From positions 1,580 to 65,579 of the forward strand of contig PKWB01000147.1 in assembly GCA_003131685.1 (NCBI GenBank): DNA of 64,000 nucleotides, read 5' to 3'. A model generated the notes under the pieces. That model made no database searches. It was not told the origin of the DNA and was given only the letters and a program-made list of their open reading frames with translations. This document shows, piece after piece, positions 1 through 11,634 of this stretch (position 1 is the first letter of the stretch; each line of letters begins with the position of its first letter). The stretch is from Candidatus Dormiibacterota bacterium. Lineage in GTDB: Bacteria > Chloroflexota > Dormibacteria > Aeolococcales > Aeolococcaceae. The position numbers and the translations under genes are program-made.

Positions 1-48
1 TATCCACTCGGCGGCTGGGCGGCGGGGCTCATCCGGACGCTCCGGCCC

Positions 49-729
49 ATGGAGATCGCGCCGTGGATGATCCTGCTGGTGCCGGTGGTCCTGATCATCG
101 CCGAGCGGATTCCCGGCGGAGTCCTCGGAACGGGGACTCCTGTCTTCGAGCATGTTCTCCTGGTCGTGGGACTTGGCAGTGCCGTCTGGGGCGGGATATG
201 GGCCGTTCGCGGTCCCGAGGCGATGCGCTATGGGCGTGTGTTCATGGCGGACATCGCGCTCTGCGTCGCCGCCGTCGAGGGAGCCTCGGTGTCGCCCGCA
301 ATGACCGGCGCACTGGTCGTCGTGATGACCCATCTCGCCCTCGCGCCCATCCTGCTTCGATCGCGGGATTCCGGGCTGGTCTGGCCGCGGCGAGTGGCCT
401 GGGCACTCCTCAGCGGCGTCCCGCCGTCGCCGGCCTTCTGGGGGCGCCTGCTCCTCCTCGAGGCGCTCGCCGCGGGCAATGTCGGCTCAACCATCGTCGC
501 GGTGATCGCGATCGGCGCGATCTTCGTCGCGGCGGTCCTGGCATGTGCGCCCCGGCCCCGGCCGGTGAAGACGCCCGCCCTGCCTGAGCGCCGGGCCCGT
601 CCCCGGCCGGTGAAGAGGCCCGCATGGCCCGAGCGCCTGTCTGATCTGGCTGCCTGGCTGCTGGTCGCCCTGGGCATCGCCATCGGCCTCGCGCCGCAGT
701 CCCTCACCGAGTTCGTGTTCGGACACTGA
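49..729 (+). CDS. Hypothetical polytopic membrane protein, possibly 5' partial because the frame is open to the window start; contains an internal tandem repeat
   Basis: 226-aa ORF with several hydrophobic helix-length segments (MILLVPVVLIIAE, LVVVGLGSAVWGGIWAV, AIGAIFVAAVLA). GC3-rich codon usage. No recognisable catalytic motif. Confidence 0.45.
   Translation: MEIAPWMILLVPVVLIIAERIPGGVLGTGTPVFEHVLLVVGLGSAVWGGIWAVRGPEAMRYGRVFMADIALCVAAVEGASVSPAMTGALVVVMTHLALAPILLRSRDSGLVWPRRVAWALLSGVPPSPAFWGRLLLLEALAAGNVGSTIVAVIAIGAIFVAAVLACAPRPRPVKTPALPERRARPRPVKRPAWPERLSDLAAWLLVALGIAIGLAPQSLTEFVFGH
553..630 (+). repeat. Two imperfect tandem copies of a ~39-bp unit, encoding PRPRPVKTPALPERRA / PRPRPVKRPAWPERL inside the membrane-protein ORF
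   Basis: Direct repeat visible in the nucleotide sequence (ccccggccggtgaagaCgcccgcCcTgcCtgagcgcc vs ccccggccggtgaagaGgcccgcAtGgcCcgagcgcc) and in the translation. Confidence 0.6.
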
Positions 730-733
730 CGAG

Positions 734-1471
734 GTGGACCCGCTCGGCCTGCTCCTCGAGATCGTCGCACTCGCCGTGTATCCCGGAGGGCTCTTCCTCG
801 GGGCGCTTGCCTGGATCACCTGGCGCGGAGCCGGGTTGCCCCGCGGCGGCCCGCCCGACGCCCGCGGCCTTGCCGCGATCGGCGCGGCGATCGTGGGCGC
901 GGCCATGGCGCCCCTGCCCGGGACACCGGCAGCTTCGCTTCCTCCTCCGGGAGGAGCGACGCCGAACCTGGTGGCGGCAGTCCTCCTCGTCGTCGTCGCC
1001 GGGTCGCTGATTGCTCCCGACCCCTGGTCACAATCGCGGCGCGCCCTGGTGGCTCTCGATGGGATCTCGATCGTCCTGCTCGGGCTGGTCGGGGCCTCCT
1101 TCTCGACCACCGACATCTCCGGGGCGACGGGTGCCATCAGCTCGGTCGCCCGCATCCTCACCGTCGCGGGCGTGCTCGTTGCTCTCCCCATCGTGGTCAA
1201 ACCCCACGCAGCCATCGGGTCGCTGGGAGCGCGCTCGATCGTGGTCGCGGCGTCGCTCGTGGTGGTGCTGGCCATCGTCATCCCTCCGGCGCAGCGGTGG
1301 CCGGTGGCACCCCTCTGGGTGGTCGGGCTGGTTGCGGCAGCGGGTCTCTATGCGGTGCTCCTCAGGCTCGGACGAGCCGCCACCCGGCGCGAGCATCCCT
1401 CACTGGTGGTCATCGCTTTCATGTGCTCGATCGCGGCATCGGTGACCGCGGTGATCGCCGCGCGCCCATAA
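734..1471 (+). CDS. Hypothetical polytopic membrane protein
   Basis: 245-aa ORF immediately downstream of the previous membrane ORF, with 6-7 hydrophobic segments. Ala/Val/Leu/Gly-rich. No family recognised. Confidence 0.45.
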   Translation: MDPLGLLLEIVALAVYPGGLFLGALAWITWRGAGLPRGGPPDARGLAAIGAAIVGAAMAPLPGTPAASLPPPGGATPNLVAAVLLVVVAGSLIAPDPWSQSRRALVALDGISIVLLGLVGASFSTTDISGATGAISSVARILTVAGVLVALPIVVKPHAAIGSLGARSIVVAASLVVVLAIVIPPAQRWPVAPLWVVGLVAAAGLYAVLLRLGRAATRREHPSLVVIAFMCSIAASVTAVIAARP

Positions 1472-1582
1472 AGCGTTGTGCGCGAACGCCGACTGCATCA
1501 ACTGGGCATCGCGTCGCGGTGCTAGCATGGAACGTGAGTTGGCGCAAGATTTCGATGCGGCCGTTGCTCACGTGAACGCCAC

Positions 1583-2242
1583 GTGATTGGAATCGTCCTC
1601 GCGTCGCGGTCGCCTCGCCGGCGCGAGCTGCTGACCCGGGCGGGGATCCGCTTCCGGATCATGGAGCCCCCCGAGGACGTCGCCCTTCCGGCCGGTGTCA
1701 GCGCGGAGCTCGCGGTGCAACTGGTCGCCCGGCAGAAGGCCGTTGCGGTGAGCAAGCTCGTTCCCGCCGGCACCTACGTGCTCAGCGCCGACACGATCGT
1801 GGTGGGTCCTCGCGGCCCGCTCGGCAAGCCGCGCACTCCGGAGATGGCGCGCGAGATGCTCAACGATCTGCGTGGCAAGCGTCACACGGTGCTCACCGGC
1901 GTGTGCGCGATGTGCACCGAGAGCGACCACGAGGCACTCGGTGTGAGCCGATCCGCGGTCAAGTTCTGCGACTTCACGGATGACGCCCTCGACATGTACG
2001 TCGCCTCCGGCGAGCCGCTCGATCGCGCCGGCGCCTACGCGATCCAGGGCGGCGGTTCGGACTTCGTCGAAGCGGTGGCCGGACGGATCGACACCGTCAT
2101 CGGCCTCGACGTCGGCCTTGCGCTTCGTCTGCTCGGCGAGATCGGCTATCCGGATCCGCTCCCGCGGACGACCGACATCATGCTGACCGCGACGCGGCAG
2201 CGGCGTCCGCTCGCGCCGCTTCGCACCGTCTCCAGGGTCTGA
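1583..2242 (+). CDS. maf: Maf-like nucleoside triphosphate pyrophosphatase (septum formation protein Maf)
   Basis: N-terminal signature IVLASRSPRRRELL and conserved core (YVLSADTIVV, GKP..P, AGAYAIQG) typical of the Maf/Ham1 family. Confidence 0.85.
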   Translation: MIGIVLASRSPRRRELLTRAGIRFRIMEPPEDVALPAGVSAELAVQLVARQKAVAVSKLVPAGTYVLSADTIVVGPRGPLGKPRTPEMAREMLNDLRGKRHTVLTGVCAMCTESDHEALGVSRSAVKFCDFTDDALDMYVASGEPLDRAGAYAIQGGGSDFVEAVAGRIDTVIGLDVGLALRLLGEIGYPDPLPRTTDIMLTATRQRRPLAPLRTVSRV

Positions 2243-2262
2243 CCGTTTCGCGGAGCGGACGG

Positions 2263-3192
2263 GTGCGGGCACTGGCGTCGCACCTGACAGGCATCCTTGC
2301 CGTCTCGGTCCTGGCGCCTCTCGCGCTGCTCCTCACGTCGTGCAGCACCGAGGCGGCGCAGCTCTCGGTGACCCTCAGCTCCAGCTTCGGGACGTCATAC
2401 ACGCCCGGGACCACCGATGCGGATTTCGAGATCACGGTGCAAAACCTGGGTCCGGGCAACGCGTCGGGAGTGGTGATTCACGCGGTCATGCCGGCCGGCT
2501 TCCAGTACGCCGCCACCAACTTCATCAACAGCGGCAGTGCCGCGCGCACCACCCCCGAGGATGCGCAGGTTGGCGGCGCGAACCCGCAATGGGGTGTCTG
2601 GTCGCTCTCCTCGCCGACATCGCCGAACGGTACGGCGGCATACGCGTTTGTGACGATCAACTTCGCGGTCAACGTCGTTGCCCGGCCGAACACGTACTCG
2701 CTCGCCGCCGAGGTGATCGACGACAGCCTCACCGACAAGGTGCAGAGCCGTCCCATTCAGGTTGCGGTCAACGAAGCGCCGCGTCTGGGAATCACCGCAT
2801 CGGTCGGACCGACGTCGGTGCATCCCCAGGGTCAGGTCACGTATCGGGTCACGGTGACCAACAAGGGGACGGGGATCGCGCCCACTGTCGACGTGCTGAT
2901 CACGCTTCCGCCGGTGCTCCAATACCAAACGACGATCATGCCCTTCGGCGGGAACTCCTCAGTGGAATCGCTGATCGCGCCGGTCAAGGGCTCCTACGTG
3001 GTCTTCTACGGGGGCTTCGAGTTACCACCGCAGACAACGCTCGGGCCCGGCACGCTCACCATCGAGTTCATCGCGCAGTGCATCCCCAACCCCGGTAAAG
3101 GTGTGTTCCCCGTCCAGGTCTCGGTCACCGACGCCTCGCGCGACCACGTGGCCATCGTCAACGCGGCGCCGCTCAACGTCTTCAGCTCCTGA
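2263..3192 (+). CDS. Secreted DUF11 (conserved repeat domain) lipoprotein
   Basis: Signal peptide with lipobox (LALLLTSCS). Two repeats resembling DUF11/CARDB-like beta domains (TVQNLGPGNASGVVIH, TVTNKGTGIAPTVDVLITLP). Confidence 0.6.
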   Translation: MRALASHLTGILAVSVLAPLALLLTSCSTEAAQLSVTLSSSFGTSYTPGTTDADFEITVQNLGPGNASGVVIHAVMPAGFQYAATNFINSGSAARTTPEDAQVGGANPQWGVWSLSSPTSPNGTAAYAFVTINFAVNVVARPNTYSLAAEVIDDSLTDKVQSRPIQVAVNEAPRLGITASVGPTSVHPQGQVTYRVTVTNKGTGIAPTVDVLITLPPVLQYQTTIMPFGGNSSVESLIAPVKGSYVVFYGGFELPPQTTLGPGTLTIEFIAQCIPNPGKGVFPVQVSVTDASRDHVAIVNAAPLNVFSS

Positions 3193-3307
3193 TTTCATCG
3201 CGTTCGCAAAGGCCTCTCAGCTCGCTCACGTGGTAACCTCGCGTATCGCGCCCGGTATCAGCCGGCGTTCCTCAGTGGAGTGAACCCGCTCCCGGCGAGA
3301 GAGGCAT

Positions 3308-3910
3308 ATGTACGCAATCCTTCAACACGGCGGTCACCAGTACCGTGTCGCTTCCGGCGACCGGATCCTTGTCGATCGCATTCCCGTCGAGGTCGGTTCG
3401 ACCGTGACCCTCGAGTCGGTCCTGCTCCTCGGTGACGGCGCTGAGACCGACGTGGCCAAGGGCTCGCCCGTCGAGGCCTCGGTCACCGCGACCGTCATCG
3501 CGCACCGGCGCGGGCGCAAGATCCGCGTCTTCACCTACAAGCCGAAGAAGCGCCACCGGCGCACCCTCGGGTACCGCAGCCAGCTCACCGAGCTGCTCAT
3601 CGAAGAGGTCGGGCGCGGCAAGGCGGAGGCCAAGCCCAAGACGAAAGCGGCAGCTCCCAAGCGCGCGGCGGCACCGAAAGCCGCTGCCAAGGCCGATCCG
3701 ATCGAAGCAGAGGCCGAGGCGGTCGCGACCGAGGCGGCGGCGATCGCCGTCGAAGCCGAGGCGGCAGCGGTTGAGATAGCGGCCGCCGGGGAAGCCGTCG
3801 AGGAGGCGGTGGAAGCCGAGCCAGCCCACGAGGCTGCGGCCGAGAAGCCGCCTGCTCCGAAGCGAACCAGGACACCCAAACCCAAGAAGGAACCATCCGA
3901 TGGCGCATAA
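3308..3910 (+). CDS. rplU: 50S ribosomal protein L21 with a ~95-aa Ala/Glu/Lys-rich C-terminal extension
   Basis: N-terminal 100 aa is canonical L21 ([14 protein letters not shown]...[23 protein letters not shown]). It continues in frame through a low-complexity tail ([34 protein letters not shown]...). Confidence 0.85.
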   Translation: MYAILQHGGHQYRVASGDRILVDRIPVEVGSTVTLESVLLLGDGAETDVAKGSPVEASVTATVIAHRRGRKIRVFTYKPKKRHRRTLGYRSQLTELLIEEVGRGKAEAKPKTKAAAPKRAAAPKAAAKADPIEAEAEAVATEAAAIAVEAEAAAVEIAAAGEAVEEAVEAEPAHEAAAEKPPAPKRTRTPKPKKEPSDGA

Positions 3911-4217
3911 GAAAGGTGGCGGGAGCTCCCGCAACGGACGCGATTCCAAGGCCAAGCGCCTCGGCGTGAAGCGCCACACCGGCGAGGTCGTGCTCGCCGG
4001 CACCATCCTGGTTCGTCAGCGCGGCACCAAGATCCTCGCCGGAGAGCACGTCGGGGTCGGTCGCGATCACACGCTCTTCGCCCTGCGCACGGGCACGGTT
4101 GCCTACGATCACACCGGCCACGACAGGACTCGCGCCAACGTGCGCGCGATGCCGATCTTCTCGGTCGGCGAGATGATCGAAGAGCCCGACGAGGAGCCGG
4201 TCGCAGCGACCGGCTGA
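3900..4217 (+). CDS. rpmA: 50S ribosomal protein L27
   Basis: [24 protein letters not shown]...[11 protein letters not shown] is the L27 signature. Start overlaps rplU stop by 11 nt. Confidence 0.9.
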   Translation: MAHKKGGGSSRNGRDSKAKRLGVKRHTGEVVLAGTILVRQRGTKILAGEHVGVGRDHTLFALRTGTVAYDHTGHDRTRANVRAMPIFSVGEMIEEPDEEPVAATG

Positions 4218-6119
<1,902 letters not shown>

Positions 6120-6127
<8 letters not shown>

Positions 6128-6479
6128 TGCGAATCGGATGACCTCCACGGACCTGGCCGGCATCATCGCCGCCGCAGCAGCCGACAAGAAGGCGCGTGAC
6201 GTGGTGGTGCTCGACATCCGCGGCAAGACGACCATCGCCGATTATTTCGTTATCTGCGAGGGCGACACCGACCGTCAGGTTCGTGCCATCACTGACAGTA
6301 TCACCGACGCCTGCAAGGCGCAGGGGGTGCGCCCGCTTGCGGTCGCCGGCCTCAAGGACGCGTCCTGGGCGTGCGCGGACTTCGATGCCGTGATCGCACA
6401 CGTCTTCCTCCCCGGTGAGCGCACCTTCTACGACCTCGAGGGTCTCTGGGGCGACCCGGCGGGCGAGCGCGCCGTCTGA
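6120..6479 (+). CDS. rsfS: Ribosomal silencing factor RsfS (Iojap family)
   Basis: LAGIIAAAAADKKARDVVVLDIRGKTTIADYFVICEGDTDRQVRAI matches the RsfS/Iojap core. Conserved nadD-rsfS synteny. Confidence 0.8.
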
Positions 6480-6500
6480 CCTGAGCGGTCTCAGCGATGG

Positions 6501-7877
6501 CTACCCGGCGAACGACGGCGGGTGCAGGATCGCGGTCGTAAGGTTGAGCAGGGCAAAGAGCAGCGACACGGCGCTGAACGCGATCGCTCCCCAGAGCACC
6601 ACCTTCTCCACGATTGCGTGATCGCGACCGCCGATCGACATGATCGGTGGCACGAGCAACCCGAGCGCTGCTCCCGCGATGAGGCCGCCGACATGCGCGT
6701 AGTTGTTGATGTCCAGCGACGGCCCGAACACGAAGGTCAGCACGACATTGAGGACGATCACCGTAACCGCGTAGTTGCGCACCGTGTGGGTGATCCCGAC
6801 CGGCACGTTCTTGCCCTGCACCCTGCCGAGCATGAGCAGGAGTCCGATCAGGCCGGCGATTCCGCCTGATGCGCCAAGGGAGATGGTGTTGGGCAGGATC
6901 CCCGGGAGCGTCGGCCCCACGGTGCTGACCGCCCACCAGAGCACGCCGCCGGCGATGGCGGTGATCAGGAACACACCGAGCAGCACGAGCCGTCCGTAGA
7001 GCTGCTCGACCAGCCTGCCGATGAACAGCATCGCGATGCTGTTGAAGAGCACGTGATACACGCTGGAGGGGTCGTGCAGGAAGGCACTGCTCACGAAGCG
7101 CCACCAGGTCACGTCGCACGCCGGGCTCTGACCGATGGACGGGTACAGCAGTGCATTCGGGAGGGCGCCCCACGAGCAGATGTCGGGTCCGCTGTTGGTT
7201 GGATGCAGCGACATCGTCGCGTACTCGAGGATCCAGATCAGCACGAACACCGCGATCAGCCCGTAGGTCATGTACGGCTGCGCTACCATCGCGCGGCGCA
7301 CCGGCGCCACGTAACCACCTGCCACCGCCTGGCGCTCGGCGAGGTCCACGGCGGCGAGCGTCGGCACCTGCGCCCCGTCGTGGACCGCGCGCACCCGGGC
7401 GCGCAGCTCGCCGATCGAGGGCAGGCCCGGCGGGATGGGCAGCACCGCGCCGGCGCGGGCGTTGACGGGGTCGACCCAGGCCACACCGAGGCGAACCGGG
7501 TCACCCGGCGTGGTCGCGGCCGACAGCGTGCCGGCCAGCGGCCCGAGCGCGATCAGCAGGATGTCGCACACCTGCGCGCCCTGGGAGCGGAGGCGGTCGA
7601 ATCCCCAGCGGCGCGCCGCGTCGCAGCGCGCCGCGAGATCGGACCCGGCCAGGGCTGGATCGGCCGGCGGCTCGTAAAAGGCGACCAGTGCCGCGCGCGG
7701 ACCATTCCACATCGCCGCGGCGAGCACGTAATGGCCGAGGAGCTCGCCGAGGCGTCCGTCCCGCTGGTCGGCGAGCCTGAGCCGGTACCGGGTCACGAGG
7801 TCGTGGGCGATCGCGAGCGCGACCGGATGCGGCCCCGGCGGCGGCGCGGCGTAGTTGGGTGGAGCCGCGTCCGTCAC
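6501..7877 (-). CDS. Rhomboid-family intramembrane serine protease with a ~190-aa cytoplasmic N-terminal domain
   Basis: Six C-terminal TM segments with the catalytic GxSG (GASGGIAGLIG) and downstream His in a TM helix (AHVGGLIAG). Proline/Ala-rich soluble N-terminus. Confidence 0.8.
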   Translation of the reverse strand: MTDAAPPNYAAPPPGPHPVALAIAHDLVTRYRLRLADQRDGRLGELLGHYVLAAAMWNGPRAALVAFYEPPADPALAGSDLAARCDAARRWGFDRLRSQGAQVCDILLIALGPLAGTLSAATTPGDPVRLGVAWVDPVNARAGAVLPIPPGLPSIGELRARVRAVHDGAQVPTLAAVDLAERQAVAGGYVAPVRRAMVAQPYMTYGLIAVFVLIWILEYATMSLHPTNSGPDICSWGALPNALLYPSIGQSPACDVTWWRFVSSAFLHDPSSVYHVLFNSIAMLFIGRLVEQLYGRLVLLGVFLITAIAGGVLWWAVSTVGPTLPGILPNTISLGASGGIAGLIGLLLMLGRVQGKNVPVGITHTVRNYAVTVIVLNVVLTFVFGPSLDINNYAHVGGLIAGAALGLLVPPIMSIGGRDHAIVEKVVLWGAIAFSAVSLLFALLNLTTAILHPPSFAG

Positions 7878-8739
7878 TCGGTTCAGTCTACCGATCGCGC
7901 GCTGCGACGCCCCCGTGGCTGCAGCGCCTTTGGGCTATGGTCACGCGGTGCCACCGGTGCGGAGCGCTGCGACGATCCAGCCGAAAATAACCCTCGGTGC
8001 CCTGTACCGCTGCCTGCTCGACCGCCTCGACACGACGCTGGGCCTGCAGGTCGGCATCCACTTCGAGGAGCGGACGTCGATGGTCGTTGAGCCGGCGGTT
8101 CCAGGCACGGAGCCGACCCGGATCGAGCAACGCACCTTCGACGCCGACCTCGCCGTGCGCGACCGTGTGGTCAAGCGGGCGACGCTCACCACGGGCGCGA
8201 CCAGCGCCGAGACGCTCGTGATCCAGGTCGCGCTCTCCGAGGGCACCAGCCGGTACTCGATCGCCGGCGCCGGTTTCGGCGACCTGCGCGTGACCCCGGA
8301 TCTCTTCGACCTCGGCGGGTTTGGCGAACGGCTCGACGGCGTCGAGGTGGACGACGCCGTCATCGCCCTTGAGACGCCGGATGGCTCAGGCCGGATCATC
8401 ATCGACGCGGAGATCGACGGCGACGCCTTCACCCGCCTGCTCCGGTCTTTCGGCGGCGGCGAGCCGGCAAACCTCGAGCTGCCCCTGCTCTCGCACTCGG
8501 CTGTGCTGTCAGCGGGCTCCGACGTGACCATCGACTACTGGTGGTCGCTGCTCGGCCTCGACGAGGTGGAGGGCCGCCCGGCCCGGCAGAACGTTGTCGT
8601 CTGCCATGTGCACGCATCGTTCGCGCCGATGACCGGCGGCGAAGAGCTCGATGCTCCGATCGAGGCTGACCCCGAGCTCCCCATCCTCGAGGACGTCGAC
8701 GCAGTCTGGGAGCTGGCCCGCCTGCGCAGAACCCGTTAG
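7855..8739 (+). CDS. Hypothetical acidic cytoplasmic protein
   Basis: 294-aa ORF with protein-like, D/E-rich composition. The competing minus-strand ORF (7941..8531) is S/R/T-rich frame-shadow. Confidence 0.4.
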   Translation: MGGAASVTRFSLPIARCDAPVAAAPLGYGHAVPPVRSAATIQPKITLGALYRCLLDRLDTTLGLQVGIHFEERTSMVVEPAVPGTEPTRIEQRTFDADLAVRDRVVKRATLTTGATSAETLVIQVALSEGTSRYSIAGAGFGDLRVTPDLFDLGGFGERLDGVEVDDAVIALETPDGSGRIIIDAEIDGDAFTRLLRSFGGGEPANLELPLLSHSAVLSAGSDVTIDYWWSLLGLDEVEGRPARQNVVVCHVHASFAPMTGGEELDAPIEADPELPILEDVDAVWELARLRRTR

Positions 8740-8743
8740 TGCG

Positions 8744-11275
8744 CTAATGCGCCGGTGGCGTCGGGTGGGGAGTGGGCGTCGGGCCGGCAACAGGCGACGG
8801 GTTGGGGGATGGGCTGGGGCTGGGGTTGGCTGGCGGCGGCGGCGGGGCCGCGGATGGTCCGGCGTAGGTGCAGGTCTGGGTCGGGAGCGGTGTCTGGCCG
8901 TAGTAGGTGCAGTTGGTGCTGGCGCCGGGCTGGGTGCCCGGGAGGTAGAAGTTGGCGTCGTCACCGCCACCGCCCACCGAGACGACGTCGGCGGGCTGCT
9001 TGTACCAGGTGTCGGGTGCGCCCTTGAGCGCTGCGGACATGTACGCGTGCCAGATCGGGGCCGCGCCGCTGTATCCGGAGACGATGCCGTCGAGGTGGCC
9101 GCAGTCCGGATAGTTGGGGTCTGCGGGCTTGAGGCCGTAGTGCGCCAGGTCATGCGGGCTGAACGGATAGGTGTTGTCCACCTCGCCAGGCTGGATGACG
9201 TTGCCGCGTCTTATCTGGGCCGCCATATAAGTGCGATCCTTGTTCTGGAGGCAGCTGCGTTGCCCGTTCCCGACCCAGACGGCGGTGAGCAGGTTGGGGG
9301 TCCAGCCGACGGTGAGGTTGTCCATGAAGAAGTCGGCAGTTCCGGTCTTGGCGCTCACCCGGCGCGAACCGAGAGTCAGGTAGCCGTTGCGTCCGAACTC
9401 CCGGATCCGGTTGTTGTCGTTGCTGGTGATCTCATCCATGATGTACGCCACGTTGGCGGGGATCACCTGGTGTCCCGCGGCCGCCGGGTCGTAGGTGAAC
9501 ACCGTCTGTCCGGTCTGCTGGGACGTGATCCTGGTCACCGGCATCGGGTTGTGCTGGACGCCGAGATCGCCCAGCGTGGCCGCCCCGTCGGCGAGGTCGA
9601 GCAGGGTGATGCCGCAGGTGAGCGATCCGAGCGTCGCAGCCCATTGGGTGGGAGTCGGCCAGTTCACGTACGTCTGCCCGTTGAAGTGGCAGTTCTGGTT
9701 GAGCGACGTGACGCCCATGGCCAGCTCGGTGTTGGCGATGTATTGCGTCCCGGTCGCGTACTCAGTCTTGACAGCCGGGATATTGAACGAGTTCCCCAGG
9801 CAGAGCTTGAGCTCGCAGACGCCATGGGTTCGGCGGTCGTCGTCAAACGGTGAGTACGGGGGAGCGCCTGGGATCGGGAACTTGTACGAGCTGTCCAATA
9901 TCGGCGTCGTCATCGTGAACTTGGTGGACGCGATCGCCGTCGTATAGGTGAACAGCTTCGTCGTCGACCCCATGTTCAGCTGGACCGCGGCCGCCTCGTT
10001 AACCTGGCCGAAATGCGGGTCGGCGTAGTTCCAGCTCCCCACCATGGCCAGGACCTCACCGTTCTGGGGATCGAGGCTGACCAGGGCACCGTCGCCCATG
10101 TTCTCGGCGACTCGTTCCTTGGCGACCAGATTGTGCACCGTGGTGTCGGCGAGGTTCTGCTTCGCCTGGTCGATCGTCGTGTGGATCTCGTAGCCACCCG
10201 GGCTCGTGTACTGCGGGAAATTCTGGTTGAGGTAAGTCTCGAGATACGAGATGAAGTCGGGATCGTAGCTGGGCTCGGATTCAGTCCATGAATGGACGGT
10301 GAGCTTCTCGTTGTAGGCGGCGACGCCCTGTGCCTGCGTGATATAGCCGCTGGCCTGCATGGCCTGCAGGACCGCCTTCTGGCGAGACTTGGCGCGCGGG
10401 TTGATTGCCTCCCCGGGGTCCCGGAGCAGGGGGTTGTACGCGGTCGGTGACTGGGGCAGACCGGCGAGCATCGATGCCTGGGCGAGGTCGAGCTGGTTTG
10501 CGGGCTTGAGGAAATACATCTCGGCCGCGCTCCCGATGCCGACCGCGAAGTTGCCGTAGAAGATCCGGTTGACGTACATGTCGAGGATCTCGTTCTTGGT
10601 GAAGTTGAGCGCGATCTCGTTGCCGAGGACGATCTCCTTGATCTTGTAGTCGATGCTCTGGGGTGGATCGGCGCCCCCGTAGAGGCTGATCTTGGCGAGC
10701 TGCTCGGTGATCGTCGAACCACCCTGGAGCGAGGCTCCGTGATGGGTCACGTCGGCGACGCCCGACTCGACCAGGCGAGCGAGGTCCCATGAGCCCTCGG
10801 TATAGAAGTTGTGATCCTCGATGGCGACGATCGCGTCCTTGAAGTACGGCGAGATCTGGGTCAGGTCCTCGTGGATGTGGCGGTAACCCTCGTTGTGGAA
10901 GACGTGGATCAGGCCGCCCGCGTTGTCGTAGACGTTGGTGTCGATCTGCGGCTCCATGTTGGTGATGGTCGCCGCGTCGGGCAATTGGCCCTTGTAGGCG
11001 TTGTAGCCGGCGAACACCGCGCCAACCGTGCCCGCGCCGATCGCCGCGAAGACCGTGATCGCGATGAGGACGATTCGAAGGACGCGTCCCCGCTTGCGAG
11101 GGGTGCGCAGGTGGCGGTAGGCGCTGGCCCGCCGGCGGCGCAGCTCGGCACGAGCGGCGGCCTCGGCAGCGCCGATGCCGGGGTTGTTCGAGCCGGAGGC
11201 GCGCATCGGGGTGCGGGAGCCGTTCGGCAGGCCCGCCCGGCGGCGCCGGGCTTCCGGGCTCTGGTCGAGGCTCAC
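8744..11275 (-). CDS. ponA: Class A penicillin-binding protein (bifunctional GT51 transglycosylase / transpeptidase) with a Pro/Ser-rich C-terminal tail
   Basis: N-terminal TM anchor, GT51 motifs (AIVAIEDHNFY..., GGSTITEQLAK) and a transpeptidase SxxK-type domain (GSTTKLFTY). C-terminal PPPPPANPSPSPSPNPSP low-complexity tail. Confidence 0.9.
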   Translation of the reverse strand: MSLDQSPEARRRRAGLPNGSRTPMRASGSNNPGIGAAEAAARAELRRRRASAYRHLRTPRKRGRVLRIVLIAITVFAAIGAGTVGAVFAGYNAYKGQLPDAATITNMEPQIDTNVYDNAGGLIHVFHNEGYRHIHEDLTQISPYFKDAIVAIEDHNFYTEGSWDLARLVESGVADVTHHGASLQGGSTITEQLAKISLYGGADPPQSIDYKIKEIVLGNEIALNFTKNEILDMYVNRIFYGNFAVGIGSAAEMYFLKPANQLDLAQASMLAGLPQSPTAYNPLLRDPGEAINPRAKSRQKAVLQAMQASGYITQAQGVAAYNEKLTVHSWTESEPSYDPDFISYLETYLNQNFPQYTSPGGYEIHTTIDQAKQNLADTTVHNLVAKERVAENMGDGALVSLDPQNGEVLAMVGSWNYADPHFGQVNEAAAVQLNMGSTTKLFTYTTAIASTKFTMTTPILDSSYKFPIPGAPPYSPFDDDRRTHGVCELKLCLGNSFNIPAVKTEYATGTQYIANTELAMGVTSLNQNCHFNGQTYVNWPTPTQWAATLGSLTCGITLLDLADGAATLGDLGVQHNPMPVTRITSQQTGQTVFTYDPAAAGHQVIPANVAYIMDEITSNDNNRIREFGRNGYLTLGSRRVSAKTGTADFFMDNLTVGWTPNLLTAVWVGNGQRSCLQNKDRTYMAAQIRRGNVIQPGEVDNTYPFSPHDLAHYGLKPADPNYPDCGHLDGIVSGYSGAAPIWHAYMSAALKGAPDTWYKQPADVVSVGGGGDDANFYLPGTQPGASTNCTYYGQTPLPTQTCTYAGPSAAPPPPPANPSPSPSPNPSPVAGPTPTPHPTPPAH

Positions 11276-11634
11276 GCCGGAACCGTCGAATGCATGTGCG
11301 AGATCGTCTCCTGACTCCGCGACGCGGCGGCGCGCCGGCAGTGCTGTCGAGTTCCCGGATGAAACGTCACGGTGCTGGCCGGGTTACGCGGGACGCATCG
11401 CGACGGCCAGGAGAAACAGGGCGGCGAAGAGGGCGATGATGGCCGCGCCGGCGAGAAGCGCGCTCGCGCCCTCCTCGATCCAGAAGGGGCCCACCCGGCG
11501 CCTGCCAGGGGCGCCTTCGTCCAACGGTACCGCCATCGCCTCCAACCGTACCAGCAGGATCCCTGGAACGGTCGTATGACAATCCATCACGCGTACCGGA
11601 AGGGCAAACCGGCCCATGACACAATCGGACGCCG

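Noticed and set aside
3193-3307. Possible structured leader upstream of rplU
   Set aside because: Only a plausible RBS (agagagg) is visible. There is no convincing conserved L21-leader structure that I can verify by eye.
7941-8531. 196-aa minus-strand ORF competing with the 7855..8739 hypothetical gene
   Set aside because: Its Ser/Arg/Thr-rich composition is typical of a wrong-frame translation. The plus-strand product has balanced, acidic, protein-like composition.
8651-9853. 400-aa plus-strand ORF and several 60-250-aa ORFs overlapping ponA
   Set aside because: They lie antisense or in alternate frames to a strongly supported PBP gene. The Arg/Gly/Val-rich composition is typical of frame-shadows in 70% GC DNA.
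11009-11275. Pro/Ser-rich ponA C-terminal tail as a separate feature
   Set aside because: Low-complexity linker or tail common in high-GC PBPs. It is part of the same ORF and not independently informative.
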